A DNA stretch of 64,000 bases from Patescibacteria group bacterium. GTDB taxonomy: Bacteria > Patescibacteriota > Microgenomatia > Levybacterales > UBA12049. This document shows, piece after piece, positions 18,579 to 28,446 of the stretch (positions are counted from its first letter, which is position 1; each line of letters begins with the position of its first letter). Position numbers and translations under genes: made by a program. A model generated the notes under the pieces. The model worked only from the letters and a program-made list of their open reading frames with translations. It was not told where the DNA came from and did no database searches. The stretch is from assembly GCA_026004395.1 (NCBI GenBank), contig BPJB01000001.1:905226-969225 (forward strand). The letters are read 5' to 3'.

Positions 18579-18920
18579 ATGGACACAGAAAAATTAATAA
18601 TCATTTTAATTCAGGCAGGATCGTTTATATCAGCATTTGCTGCAATTGCCGCTGGTGTGATGATGGCATCAGTACGCAAGAAATTCGGGACAGGTATCCT
18701 AGCTTCAGGATTTAAGTCAATCTCTATTGGTGTCTTTTTTATAGCAGGAGGAATTTTAGCAGATGCTGTTCAATCCTATATCTCACTCAACTTCCCTACC
18801 TTCATAATGGGAATTGTAGGTGTGCTAATCATAAAAGAAATACTCTTTGTCGTTGGGACATACATTATTGTCATCGGCAGCAAAAAAACAGGCGATAAGC
18901 TTGAATCTCTCACCAAATAA
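18579..18920 (+). CDS. small hypothetical membrane protein
   Basis: Three to four hydrophobic helices (IIILIQAGSFISAFAAIAAGVMMA, ISIGVFFIAGGILADAV, IMGIVGVLIIKEILFVVGTYIIVIG). Confidence 0.35.
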   Translation: MDTEKLIIILIQAGSFISAFAAIAAGVMMASVRKKFGTGILASGFKSISIGVFFIAGGILADAVQSYISLNFPTFIMGIVGVLIIKEILFVVGTYIIVIGSKKTGDKLESLTK

Positions 18921-19643
18921 TCCTCTTTTTCAGAATTTATATTTTCTAAAGTCCAAAATCAATATACAATTTTATGTAATTTTAAATAATTGAATATCTA
19001 TAGTAAAAAATTAGTTGCTAGCAAATATTATTTAGGTTCGCTAATGTTTTACCACCCTGATAATCTTGGACTATCTGTTGAAAAACTGAAAGCTTTTCTT
19101 AACTCTGAGATTTATCAGACATCAAACTTTTGCCAATTGTTGAAGCAAGATAAAGCGAATAGAATAACTAATTTTCTTTCATTGAAAAAGATCAGGAATA
19201 AAGATTAATTTCTTAAAATACAAAGTTGCATTATGACTTCCTTAGATTCAACTACTCAAGTTCAATATACTCTCTCCTGCAAATCATATTCAAAAAAAGA
19301 TAATTAAATATTTTCAAAATCGAAAGATTACTGAAAAATAACATTCGCTAGTCAATACTAGAGTCCTTAACCGAAAAAATCTCAGACTAATATTTTCTAA
19401 CATGACTTTCATAAAATAGAAAATACAAAGATAATTCTGATCAAATCTGAGAGCAAACAAAAAAATATAACTTTCACAATAATCAACTTAACTTTTTTAT
19501 ATTACTAGCCTCACTATTACTAAATACTAAGCTACAATCCTATAGTCATAATTCTAAAAAACCTCGCTATATTTTGATATATTCTGATAATTTTTTATAC
19601 TTATATCAAACTATAGGGGGATAAATGAATACTATAGGAGTTA

Positions 19644-20525
19644 TTACTTTATGCTATAAGTTTCACCATTAGTTTTTATTGTAATATCAGCATCTTTGTC
19701 TGTGCGATAGACGAGAATTCCTCTCTCAGATAAAAGACTTAAAGTAAAAGACGCAGGATGCTTATACTTATTATTGCTCCCCACTGAGATTGTAGCCACT
19801 TGTGGATCAAGCAATTTGAGAATCTCCCTTGTCAAACCTGTACGCGAACCATGATGAGGAACTTGTAAGACCTCAATATGGGGAATCTCTTTCTTAAAAC
19901 TGGACTCTAATGCATCTTGCAGTTGAGCTGCTTGCGTATCACCTGTAAGTAGAAAATCAAAATTTTTGTAGGAGAGAAGTATGATTAGAGAAGCAAACTC
20001 ACCTGTTTCTCTAATAATGCCATTATCAGATGTTCTCTTAAGAAACTCTGAGGAAGGACTCAGTACACGTAGTAAAATTCCATCAGACGTTCGCAAAACG
20101 TAAGAATCATCTATGATAATACGCCTGAGACCCTTTTTTTGGATAGTTCTTATCAAGGTTTTATAGCCCTCAGTATTATTAATTAAATCCTCTGTAACAA
20201 ACTGTTTTACTTTATAAGCACCCAAAACCTCAATAAGCCCATCCAGATGATCTGCATGAGGATGGCTAAGGATTACTAACTCAATTGTTCTATCCCAGAA
20301 AGGCATAAATTTAAAAAGACAGTTTAATACTTTTTTATCCGGTCCACCATCAAAAAGAATATCCTGCCCTTTTGGTGTTCGAATATAGATAGCATCTCCC
20401 TGACCCACATCACAAACGTTGATATGCAGTCTCCCATCGCCTACCTCGACCATATAGTAAATAAAAAGCAAGATAAAAAAGAGTATTGGAAAAAAGATAA
20501 AAAGGACAAATTTCATAAACTTCAT
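19644..20525 (-). CDS. MBL-fold metallo-hydrolase, ComEC C-terminal-domain-like (separate ORF)
   Basis: N-terminal TM, then VCDVGQGDAIYIRTPKGQDILFDGGP...VILSHPHADHLDGL (HxHxDH metallo-beta-lactamase motif). Lies 40 bp downstream of the comEC competence-domain ORF. Confidence 0.7.
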   Translation of the reverse strand: MKFMKFVLFIFFPILFFILLFIYYMVEVGDGRLHINVCDVGQGDAIYIRTPKGQDILFDGGPDKKVLNCLFKFMPFWDRTIELVILSHPHADHLDGLIEVLGAYKVKQFVTEDLINNTEGYKTLIRTIQKKGLRRIIIDDSYVLRTSDGILLRVLSPSSEFLKRTSDNGIIRETGEFASLIILLSYKNFDFLLTGDTQAAQLQDALESSFKKEIPHIEVLQVPHHGSRTGLTREILKLLDPQVATISVGSNNKYKHPASFTLSLLSERGILVYRTDKDADITIKTNGETYSIK

Positions 20526-20565
20526 TAAGTTTTGATTATGCGACTAAGATAAAGACTTTACTAAG

Positions 20566-21819
20566 TTAGCTAATTGTTCTGTGCTTTTTAGAAATCAAAA
20601 ACGCAATAATAAGAATATAATAACCAATAATAATTGGCCATGGCAGAAAGTTGATCGAAAAAATAGGTGTTATAGGAGCAAAAATCCGAACCATTGTCTC
20701 AAAATAGAATAAAAATGGCAGGCTCAAAAGCGCTACAAGACCTCCCAGAGGTGGTAGAATAAGCCCTAACAAAGATGCCACTCCTCCAATGATCATTAAA
20801 GGAGGTATCGTCCAAAGTACTAATGCATTGACTACAACAGAAAGTAAGCCATAACTATGAAAATAAGCCAAAAGAAGCGGTACTGTTGCCAACTGTGCTG
20901 CAATCGTAGCTGCTAAATCATCTTGAATAAGAAATGACAAATTCTTACTGGATCCTTTCCCATCTTGCTTGGAAATAGCAAGATGTGGACGAAGGAAGAT
21001 CATCCCTGCCGTTGCTGCAAATGAAAGCTGGAAACCAATATCTTCTATAAGATCAGGATTTAACAAAAGCATCAGAGATGCTGTCAGAAACAAAGTCACA
21101 AAAGCAGTATTCTGACGGCCTAAAAGGTAGGCTGAAAAAGTAATTACAGCCATGATACCAGCTCGCATAATTGATGGCTCAAGACCAGCAATTATTGTAT
21201 AAAAAGCTATTCCTAAAATACTTAGTTTGATAGCTAATGATCTATTAAAGTAATGATTAAGAAATGTCATGAGAAATCCAGCAACTAGGGCTACATTCAT
21301 CCCCGATGCTGCAACCACATGCATAAGGCCAGTTGATTGAAGATCTTTCACAAATTCATCAGGTAATGACTTCTGACCCAAAACAATTCCTAAGAGAAGA
21401 GAGCTTGCTGTTGGAGGCAAACTAGCGCTGAAAGTCTCTCTTATTCTCTCTCTAATCCAAGTGGCTGAAATAAATAAAAGATTGATATCATTTTGTATGA
21501 TTTGAATCTGAGGAAATGACATGGTTGTAATTATTTTTCCATTATCGAGAACATAATGATCTACTGTTCCTCTGACTTGAAGCAGTTGACCATAAAGATA
21601 GCGGGGATACTTTGTCGTCCTTACCAAAATAGACTCTCCGTTGGGTGCTTTGAGGAAGAATTGTTGCGTATGATTTTTTTCTTTGGGTGTTGTTACTAGT
21701 CGCGTCGTGAATGAGATCTCCTCTCCCTCTGCTAGAGGCGAGGGATTCCCATGGAGGACAACTCTTAAAATAACGATTAGTAAAACAGTGCTATACAAAA
21801 TTAGGAGTCTGGAGGTCAT
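20566..21819 (-). CDS. comEC: DNA internalisation channel protein ComEC (competence domain only)
   Basis: GLMHVVAASGMNVALVAGF...IMRAGIMAVITFSAYLLGR...FQLSFAATAG matches the ComEC/Rec2 competence domain. Multi-TM. Confidence 0.75.
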   Translation of the reverse strand: MTSRLLILYSTVLLIVILRVVLHGNPSPLAEGEEISFTTRLVTTPKEKNHTQQFFLKAPNGESILVRTTKYPRYLYGQLLQVRGTVDHYVLDNGKIITTMSFPQIQIIQNDINLLFISATWIRERIRETFSASLPPTASSLLLGIVLGQKSLPDEFVKDLQSTGLMHVVAASGMNVALVAGFLMTFLNHYFNRSLAIKLSILGIAFYTIIAGLEPSIMRAGIMAVITFSAYLLGRQNTAFVTLFLTASLMLLLNPDLIEDIGFQLSFAATAGMIFLRPHLAISKQDGKGSSKNLSFLIQDDLAATIAAQLATVPLLLAYFHSYGLLSVVVNALVLWTIPPLMIIGGVASLLGLILPPLGGLVALLSLPFLFYFETMVRIFAPITPIFSINFLPWPIIIGYYILIIAFLISKKHRTIS

Positions 21820-21825
21820 AATTAT

Positions 21826-22443
21826 TTATAATGAAAGTTGGTTTTTGATCTTCTCAAAGAGCTTTTCTGAAATCACTTTTTTGGTAATTAACTCCTCAAT
21901 AGCCGAATAAGGACGATTATCAATGATCTTTTTTGCTGTAATTTGACCAATTCCAGGAAGCTTATCTAGCTCACTTTCTGTGGCATTATTTATACTGATA
22001 AAGCCTTGTGCGTAAGATGATGAGTCAACATCTACCCCTTTAAAGCTTTCTTTAAATGAAGTATCTCCCATCACATCTTCCCCTTCAAAAGGAAAATAAA
22101 GCTTCATCCCATCATTAAGAAGAGCTGCTAGATTAATTGTTTTGGCAATCCGCAGATCATCTGCCTCATCTACTAGACCCCCAGCCTTTTTTAGCGCATC
22201 GCTGACTCTATCTCCTTTTGAGAGTTCATAAACCCCTGGATTTTTGACAGCACCCTGAATATCAACTACCAGCTTCTCACGTGAAATTGAATTATTTTCA
22301 TCTTTTTCAATAACAATTTCTTCTTTAGTATCTTGATTTGCAATATACAGAAATCCCCCATAAGCAATTAATACTATTCCCAAAAAACTAAGAATAATTA
22401 CCATCTTACGCTCTTTAATGAAAGTGAAAACAAACTCTTCCAT
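21826..22443 (-). CDS. comEA: competence protein ComEA (SLBB + helix-hairpin-helix DNA-binding)
   Basis: N-terminal TM. VDIQGAVKNPGVYELSKGDRVSDALKKAGG (SLBB). ININNATESELDKLPGIGQITAKKIIDNRPYSAIEEL (HhH). Confidence 0.8.
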   Translation of the reverse strand: MEEFVFTFIKERKMVIILSFLGIVLIAYGGFLYIANQDTKEEIVIEKDENNSISREKLVVDIQGAVKNPGVYELSKGDRVSDALKKAGGLVDEADDLRIAKTINLAALLNDGMKLYFPFEGEDVMGDTSFKESFKGVDVDSSSYAQGFISINNATESELDKLPGIGQITAKKIIDNRPYSAIEELITKKVISEKLFEKIKNQLSL

Positions 22444-22485
22444 TCTCTTTTTAGATTATAAATAATTTAACAGACAGTAAAGTGA

Positions 22486-22513
22486 CAGGTATACAGGTAT
22501 ACCTGTATACCTG
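22486..22513. repeat. family-1 palindromic repeat (CAGGTATACAGGTATACCTGTATACCTG)
   Basis: Downstream of leuS and upstream of comEA. Confidence 0.7.
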
Positions 22514-22524
22514 CAAAATGAGGA

Positions 22525-25287
22525 TTAGTGGGTGACAAAGTTTATTATTTTACCTGGTATGTAGATAGTCTTTTGGATTGTCTTTCCTTTGAGGTGGCGC
22601 TTTATACTCTCCTCTCTTTTCACAAGATCAATAATTTCCTCCTCTGTAATTTTTTTGACTGAGGGTACAGATAAAGTACCACGCAGCTTGCCATTCACTT
22701 GAACTGCAATTACTATCTCTTCCTCTTTTATAGCAGATGGATCAAACTTAGGCCATGAAGAGGTATGAATTGACTCAAAGAGTTGAGAATCTGAAGTATT
22801 AGTTCCTTTCGCATTTGCTTTTCTGCCTGATAATCTGATCTTTTGCATATTTAATCTTTGATAAAGCTCTTCTGTCAGATGCGGAGCAAAAGGGGCCAAT
22901 AATTTTAAAAGCACCTCCAACTCCTGCTTCATTATCTCTCTCTTCTTGCTTAAAAAATTATAGTAAGTCATTATCTTGGCAATGGCTGTGTTATAGTGAA
23001 ATGCCTCAAGGTCTGCGGTCACTTCTTTAATTGTTTTGTGCATTTTGGAGAGATCTGATTGAGTTAAGCGATCATTCTGTTTATAAGACATTGCATTTTG
23101 TCCATCAATTTGAGACACAACAAGTGTCCAAACACGTTTGAGGAAGCGATGAATACCTTCAATACCATTATCACGAAAATCCCCTCCTTGGCTAAAGGGT
23201 CCAATAAACATCAGATATGTTCTTAGCGTATCAGCGCCAAATTTCTTAATATATTGATCTGGGACAACTACATTTCCTTTACTTTTACTCATCTTAGCAC
23301 CATCTTTGATGATGAGTCCATGAGCAAAAAAGCGCGGGAAGGGTTCATCGTCTCCGGTCATGTATCCCAAATCGTATAATACTTTGTATAAAAATCGTGT
23401 GTACAAAAGGTGAAGTACTGCATGCTCAGCACCACCAGTGTAGAGGGTCACTGGAAGCCATTTGACTCGCTTCTTGGCTTTTGACACTTCCTCTGTCAGA
23501 CTGCCAATCTCCTCACGTGTTCTTGCTGGATGAAGCTCTGTCATTATTTCATCTCGATCAAATGCAAGAGATGGGAAAGGAAGGTGCTTTAAATCAGTAG
23601 CAAGATAACGCAAAAAGTACCAACTGGAGTCAAGAAATGTATCTGAGACATCTGTTTCTCTTCTAGCTTGTGATCCACACTCAGGGCAAACTGTTTCAAA
23701 AAACTCCAGATGATTTGCCAAAGGAGAAGCCTCTGTACCCAAAGGTTTATAATCCTCAATCCTTGGCAGAAGCACTGGAAGATTCTCCTCAGGATACCAT
23801 CCAGCAGAATTCCATTCTTTATAATTGGAAATAGCTTCAACTTGTAGTTTTTCCCTCTGTTTCTTATTCTGAGTAAACCACGATTTACCCTCCCTAGCGC
23901 ATTTTTCACAATAAATCATCGGTATCGGCGGTCCCCAATAACGCTGACGAGAGATAATCCAATCTCTAAGGTGATAATGGACTTCTTTCTTGCCAAATCC
24001 TTTTTTCTCAATATCCTCAATAATCTGTGAAATACTCTCGGGAACTTTTAATCCCTCCCAATCTCCTGAGTTAATAACTATTCCCCCTCCTTGATAAGCT
24101 TGTTTGGTGATATCTCCTCCTGATACAACCTCAACTATAGGAAGATCATATTTCTTAGCAAACTCAAAATCTCGCTGATCATGAGCTGGAACTGCCATAA
24201 TCGCACCCGTACCATAACTTATTAAGACATAATCAGCAATCCAGATAGGAATTTTTTGCCTGTTAGCAGGATTGATCGCATAAATCTGAGAAAATACCCC
24301 TGTTTTTTCCCTACCCTCTGCCACTCTCTCCTGTTCTGTTTTATTTTTGGCAGATAGAACATATTCGCGGATTGCCGCTTTAGCATCAATAGATGCTTCT
24401 TCAAGAAGCTCATCAACAAGAGGATGTTCAGGAGAAATTACCAAAAATGTCGCTCCATAGAGAGTATCCGGTCTTGTTGTAAATACTTCAATGAATTTAG
24501 TCTGCAACTCTTTATTCTCTAATTCAAACCTTATTCTTGCTCCTTCACTTTTACCAATCCAACTTTTCTGTGCAATCTTAACTTTTTCAGTCCAGTCAAT
24601 TTTTTGCAACCCTTCAAGAAGACGCTCAGCATATGCTGTGATACGAAAAAACCACTGCTCAAGCTCTTTCTTCTCAACCTGTGTACCACAGCGCTCACAG
24701 ACACGAAGAGTAATTTCTTGACCATCCTTAGATTCTGTTTTGGGGATTACCTGTTCATCTGCCAAGACTGTTTTACAGGATGGACAGAAATTAACAGGAG
24801 CTTTTTCTCTATAGGCAAGACCTGCTTTAAAAAGCTGGATAAAAATCCACTGTGTCCATCTGTAGTATTCAGGTTTCCAGGTTTCAACTTTGTTCTCCCA
24901 GGCAAAAGAACTTCCCGTTGATCTCATCTGGCGATAAAAATTCTCCTCACTTTTCTCAGCCTGATCCATCGGGTGAGTTCCAACTTTCAGAGCGTAGTTT
25001 TCAGAATGGATACCAAACCCATCAAGACCGATAGGCTCAAATACATCAAATCCCTGCATTCTTTTAAACCGCCCATAAATATCAGCTCCTGTTTGAGCAT
25101 ACATATTGCCAACATGCAATCCCTCGGCTGAGGGATAGGGGAACATCATGAGATTATAAAATGGTGTTTTAGCAGTATCCAAATCCGGCTGATATATCCT
25201 TTTGGATTGCCAAATAGATTGCCAATAAGGCTCAATCGTTTGAGGATCATATTTTATTGTTTTTTCCTGTTTCCTATCCTGCTTCAT
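22525..25287 (-). CDS. leuS: leucyl-tRNA synthetase
   Basis: PYPSAEGLHVGNMY... (HIGH-like region, present as HVGN). GAKMSKSKGNVVVP (KMSKS). ...GADTLRTYLMFIGP. 920 aa, with editing-domain-sized insert. Confidence 0.9.
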   Translation of the reverse strand: MKQDRKQEKTIKYDPQTIEPYWQSIWQSKRIYQPDLDTAKTPFYNLMMFPYPSAEGLHVGNMYAQTGADIYGRFKRMQGFDVFEPIGLDGFGIHSENYALKVGTHPMDQAEKSEENFYRQMRSTGSSFAWENKVETWKPEYYRWTQWIFIQLFKAGLAYREKAPVNFCPSCKTVLADEQVIPKTESKDGQEITLRVCERCGTQVEKKELEQWFFRITAYAERLLEGLQKIDWTEKVKIAQKSWIGKSEGARIRFELENKELQTKFIEVFTTRPDTLYGATFLVISPEHPLVDELLEEASIDAKAAIREYVLSAKNKTEQERVAEGREKTGVFSQIYAINPANRQKIPIWIADYVLISYGTGAIMAVPAHDQRDFEFAKKYDLPIVEVVSGGDITKQAYQGGGIVINSGDWEGLKVPESISQIIEDIEKKGFGKKEVHYHLRDWIISRQRYWGPPIPMIYCEKCAREGKSWFTQNKKQREKLQVEAISNYKEWNSAGWYPEENLPVLLPRIEDYKPLGTEASPLANHLEFFETVCPECGSQARRETDVSDTFLDSSWYFLRYLATDLKHLPFPSLAFDRDEIMTELHPARTREEIGSLTEEVSKAKKRVKWLPVTLYTGGAEHAVLHLLYTRFLYKVLYDLGYMTGDDEPFPRFFAHGLIIKDGAKMSKSKGNVVVPDQYIKKFGADTLRTYLMFIGPFSQGGDFRDNGIEGIHRFLKRVWTLVVSQIDGQNAMSYKQNDRLTQSDLSKMHKTIKEVTADLEAFHYNTAIAKIMTYYNFLSKKREIMKQELEVLLKLLAPFAPHLTEELYQRLNMQKIRLSGRKANAKGTNTSDSQLFESIHTSSWPKFDPSAIKEEEIVIAVQVNGKLRGTLSVPSVKKITEEEIIDLVKREESIKRHLKGKTIQKTIYIPGKIINFVTH

Positions 25288-25493
25288 ATTCTGGAGTATA
25301 TCACAGAGCGGTTATAGTGATCTAGTATAAAATATTGGGATTTAAAGAAAAAAACTTTTTGATGATGTTTGATATATCTAGATATACTTTTGATTAATCC
25401 TAATAATCTTTCATAAATTAGTCAAAACTTATATTAAGAAAATGTGAAAAAATAAACCTGCAACATCTGAACATTTGTTGTATAGTAAAGAGT

Positions 25494-26171
25494 ATGAGCC
25501 AACTCCTAAAACAGGCATTATTTCTTTTTACATCATTTGGAGTTGTCTTTTTATGGAAAGAATCTACTTTTGTTGAATTTACAATACCCTTACTAGGATT
25601 TTTGGTCTTTCTCTACCTGCTACTTGCAAGCAAAAAGCCTCTTCTCTGGAAAAAATCTCAGTCAGTTGAGAATACACAACAACATTCCCTAGAGCAAAAT
25701 AAGAAAAAAATTTTTAATAAGGATGAGATCAATATTTTTATTCTTAATACCATTGTATTTCTTCTTATCTTCTCTACAGGATCTCTGAAATCTCCTCTTT
25801 TTTTCCTTCTCTACTTTATATCTTTTGGTATCGCTTTTGTACTTCTGCCACAGATAGTATTTGTCTTTATCTTAGGATCTATTTTGATCTTTATTCCTGA
25901 CGCTCTCTCTAATCAAACCCCCTCAGACACAAAATTGCTCAGCGAAAATCTTGTGAAATTAGCTTCCTTAGGACTAATCTCTCCACTTGCCTATTTTTTT
26001 GGCAAAGAATATCAGGAAAGGCTTATTCATCAAGAAAAAGATAAAGAGGTGGCAGAAATCATCAGCAACGAAGCAGCGAATGTTCTCAATAATGAGGAAG
26101 AAAAACTAAGTGAGGAAGATAAAGAACAACTGGTTGATATCATAGAAGAGAGTGAAAAACTCAAAGAATAA
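25494..26171 (+). CDS. hypothetical polytopic membrane protein with acidic coiled-coil-like tail
   Basis: Four or more hydrophobic helices, then an EEEKLSEEDKEQLVDIIEESEKLKE tail. Confidence 0.4.
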   Translation: MSQLLKQALFLFTSFGVVFLWKESTFVEFTIPLLGFLVFLYLLLASKKPLLWKKSQSVENTQQHSLEQNKKKIFNKDEINIFILNTIVFLLIFSTGSLKSPLFFLLYFISFGIAFVLLPQIVFVFILGSILIFIPDALSNQTPSDTKLLSENLVKLASLGLISPLAYFFGKEYQERLIHQEKDKEVAEIISNEAANVLNNEEEKLSEEDKEQLVDIIEESEKLKE

Positions 26172-26266
26172 CCTTGTTACACTATACTATTGCTTCAGGA
26201 CTTTAAACTCTTCTGATGTTAAGAAGAGAGTGGAGCCAAAAATAAAACAAATGTAATTAGGCAATT

Positions 26267-27019
26267 ATGAAAAGCGCTACTATCATTACACTAAGCATTT
26301 TTATTATCTTATTCTTACTAGGTCAAAAGCTGCCTCCTGTTAATCATGTATTAGCCTTTACAATGATTGGTGATAACTGGAAAATTGACTTTGCCAATCT
26401 GAATATGGGAGGGGCAACTCAACTGGGATCAGGCAAAAAACTGACATTTACCACAGGTCAAACTGCACCCGGACTCTATACAGGCACTAATTATAAAGTA
26501 CGCGCTGGATTTCAGTATGTCTATACTCTTATTCCTTTCCGCTTTAGTATCTCCCAAACTCAAATTGACTTTGGCACCCTCACACCGACTAACCCTGTTA
26601 CTAGAACGAATACGCTGACAATTTCTAATGGATCTGCCAATGGTTATCAAGTAACAGCTTTTGAAGATCATCAACTTCTCAATCCTGCCAATGGCATGTT
26701 GATACCTGATACTACCTGTGACAATGGACTCTGTACAGAAACAACGTCAGCACAATGGACTAATACACTCACCTATGGGTTTGGTTATCGCTGCGATAAT
26801 ATAACAGGAACCGATTGTGCAACAGGGTTTACAAATAGCAATTATTATAAACAGTTTGCAGACTCATCCCTCAACGAATCACCCCAATCAGTAATGTCCG
26901 GAACCAACGTTGGACGCAGTAAACAAGTTCAGATTACTTATAAAGTCAATATCTCAGGTACTCAGCCGGCAGGAACATATACGAACGTCATAACCTATAT
27001 TGCTACACCAACATTTTAA
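26267..27019 (+). CDS. secreted WxL-like surface protein (module 2, A component)
   Basis: Signal peptide. Gly/Thr/Asn-rich beta-type sequence with conserved Cys pairs. C-terminus ...GTQPAGTYTNVITYIATPTF. Homologous to the 28447..29925 product and to the fragment at 1..204. Confidence 0.5.
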   Translation: MKSATIITLSIFIILFLLGQKLPPVNHVLAFTMIGDNWKIDFANLNMGGATQLGSGKKLTFTTGQTAPGLYTGTNYKVRAGFQYVYTLIPFRFSISQTQIDFGTLTPTNPVTRTNTLTISNGSANGYQVTAFEDHQLLNPANGMLIPDTTCDNGLCTETTSAQWTNTLTYGFGYRCDNITGTDCATGFTNSNYYKQFADSSLNESPQSVMSGTNVGRSKQVQITYKVNISGTQPAGTYTNVITYIATPTF

Positions 27020-27033
27020 GAAAGGCAATTAAA

Positions 27034-28131
27034 ATGAAGATCTTGCAAAAAATAGTTTTATCTACTGGAATTTTTTGTCTCCTCTTCATTATTTTTCCAT
27101 CGGATATCAAAGCGGCAACTTTTGATCTTGCTGTCAATCCTTCAATTTTTCAGATAGAGCTTAATCCTCCTGCTATTATTGAAGCAAAAAAATCATTGAC
27201 TATAGAAAATCTCAGTGACACTCCACTAACTCTGTCTATCCAATACAGACCCTTTAAGCCGAAAGATGAGTCCGGAATAATAGAATATTTGCCACGGGAA
27301 GACAGTTTTGTTGGAGCTGATCCTCTTATCTTTCAGAGAATACATATTATTGAAAATAATAATCCGATTGAGCAAATTACTCTGGCACCCAAACAAACAA
27401 AAAAACTTGATCTTAAAATGACAATCCCTAAAGATGAGCCTCCATCTGATTACTATTTTGCCATTCTTTTTCTCAGCCAAGAAGAAACTTCAGACAGTCT
27501 GCAAAGCTCATATTCAAATTATGTTGGTGGTATCGGAGTTAGTGTACTTCTTTCAATAGGTCCCAAAAAAGAAACAACTGGAAAAATTGAGGAATTCTCA
27601 ACATCTTTTTTCCATGAGAAAAGCCCTGTACCCTTTACAGTACGTATCAGAAATACGAGTCAGCACTTCATCTACCCCAAAGGACAGATAACAATCAAAA
27701 ATATGTTTGGTCAGACAATCGGAATTGTTGATTTGTTGCCTGTTAATATTTTGGCAAACTCTATTCGCGCTCTGCCAAGTAAGGAGAATTTTATCTTTGC
27801 TGCACAAAAAAATAGATTAAACATTGCTGAAGAAGACTCAAAATCATTCTCCAAAGAAGAGTTGGAAATGATAAAGCAATATGAAAAAATAATGAAAAAC
27901 GAGCAATCAAATCTCTCAATCAGTCCGAAGGCTTTTTGGAACGGAGGGTTTTTGCTTGGACCCTACTCTGCCACTTTGACTGTAGCTCTGAGTGATCAAG
28001 GTCCTCTCCTTACACGAACTATTCATTTTTTTGCACTACCAATCTATCTTATAATTACTTTTTTTATTGTCATTGCTATTGTCTTGTTTATTCGTCAGAG
28101 ATTGAACAAGATTAGGACCAAAGTATCCTGA
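27034..28131 (+). CDS. DUF916/CscA-like anchored surface protein (module 2, B component)
   Basis: Signal peptide. AVNPSIFQIELNPPAIIEAKKSLTIENLSDTPLTL... The C-terminal hydrophobic helix is followed by the basic tail RQRLNKIRTKVS. Start is 15 bp after the A gene. Confidence 0.55.
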   Translation: MKILQKIVLSTGIFCLLFIIFPSDIKAATFDLAVNPSIFQIELNPPAIIEAKKSLTIENLSDTPLTLSIQYRPFKPKDESGIIEYLPREDSFVGADPLIFQRIHIIENNNPIEQITLAPKQTKKLDLKMTIPKDEPPSDYYFAILFLSQEETSDSLQSSYSNYVGGIGVSVLLSIGPKKETTGKIEEFSTSFFHEKSPVPFTVRIRNTSQHFIYPKGQITIKNMFGQTIGIVDLLPVNILANSIRALPSKENFIFAAQKNRLNIAEEDSKSFSKEELEMIKQYEKIMKNEQSNLSISPKAFWNGGFLLGPYSATLTVALSDQGPLLTRTIHFFALPIYLIITFFIVIAIVLFIRQRLNKIRTKVS

Positions 28132-28285
28132 TTAAAATCTTTCTTGCAAACTAAGATCAATATTTGCAACCTTAGCTAGAACAAAAACTCTCAATTTTTA
28201 AAAACTCTACTTTCTGCTGCTATATTTTTTACATGCAGTCAAAGGCTAACAAATTATAAAAATCAATATCAAATAGAATATTGCC

Positions 28286-28315
28286 AAGTATACCTGTATA
28301 CCTGTATACCTGTAT
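28286..28315. repeat. family-1 repeat variant (CAAGTATACCTGTATACCTGTATACCTGTATA; TATACCTG x3)
   Basis: Between module 2 and module 3. Confidence 0.7.
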
Positions 28316-28446
28316 AATGATTTAAAAATTGGATCTCAAACATTTTGCTTATTCAATGACCAAACTACTCTTTTATTTATTTTAACTATTGACAAGTTAA
28401 AAAATTTGTCTTCATACTAATAATACTCAATGATAAATACTCAAAG

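Noticed and set aside
22525-25287. leuS HIGH motif reading HVGN instead of HMGH as a sign of pseudogenisation
   Set aside because: The ORF is intact over 920 aa with KMSKS and editing-domain regions. The variant motif is more likely lineage-specific than inactivating.
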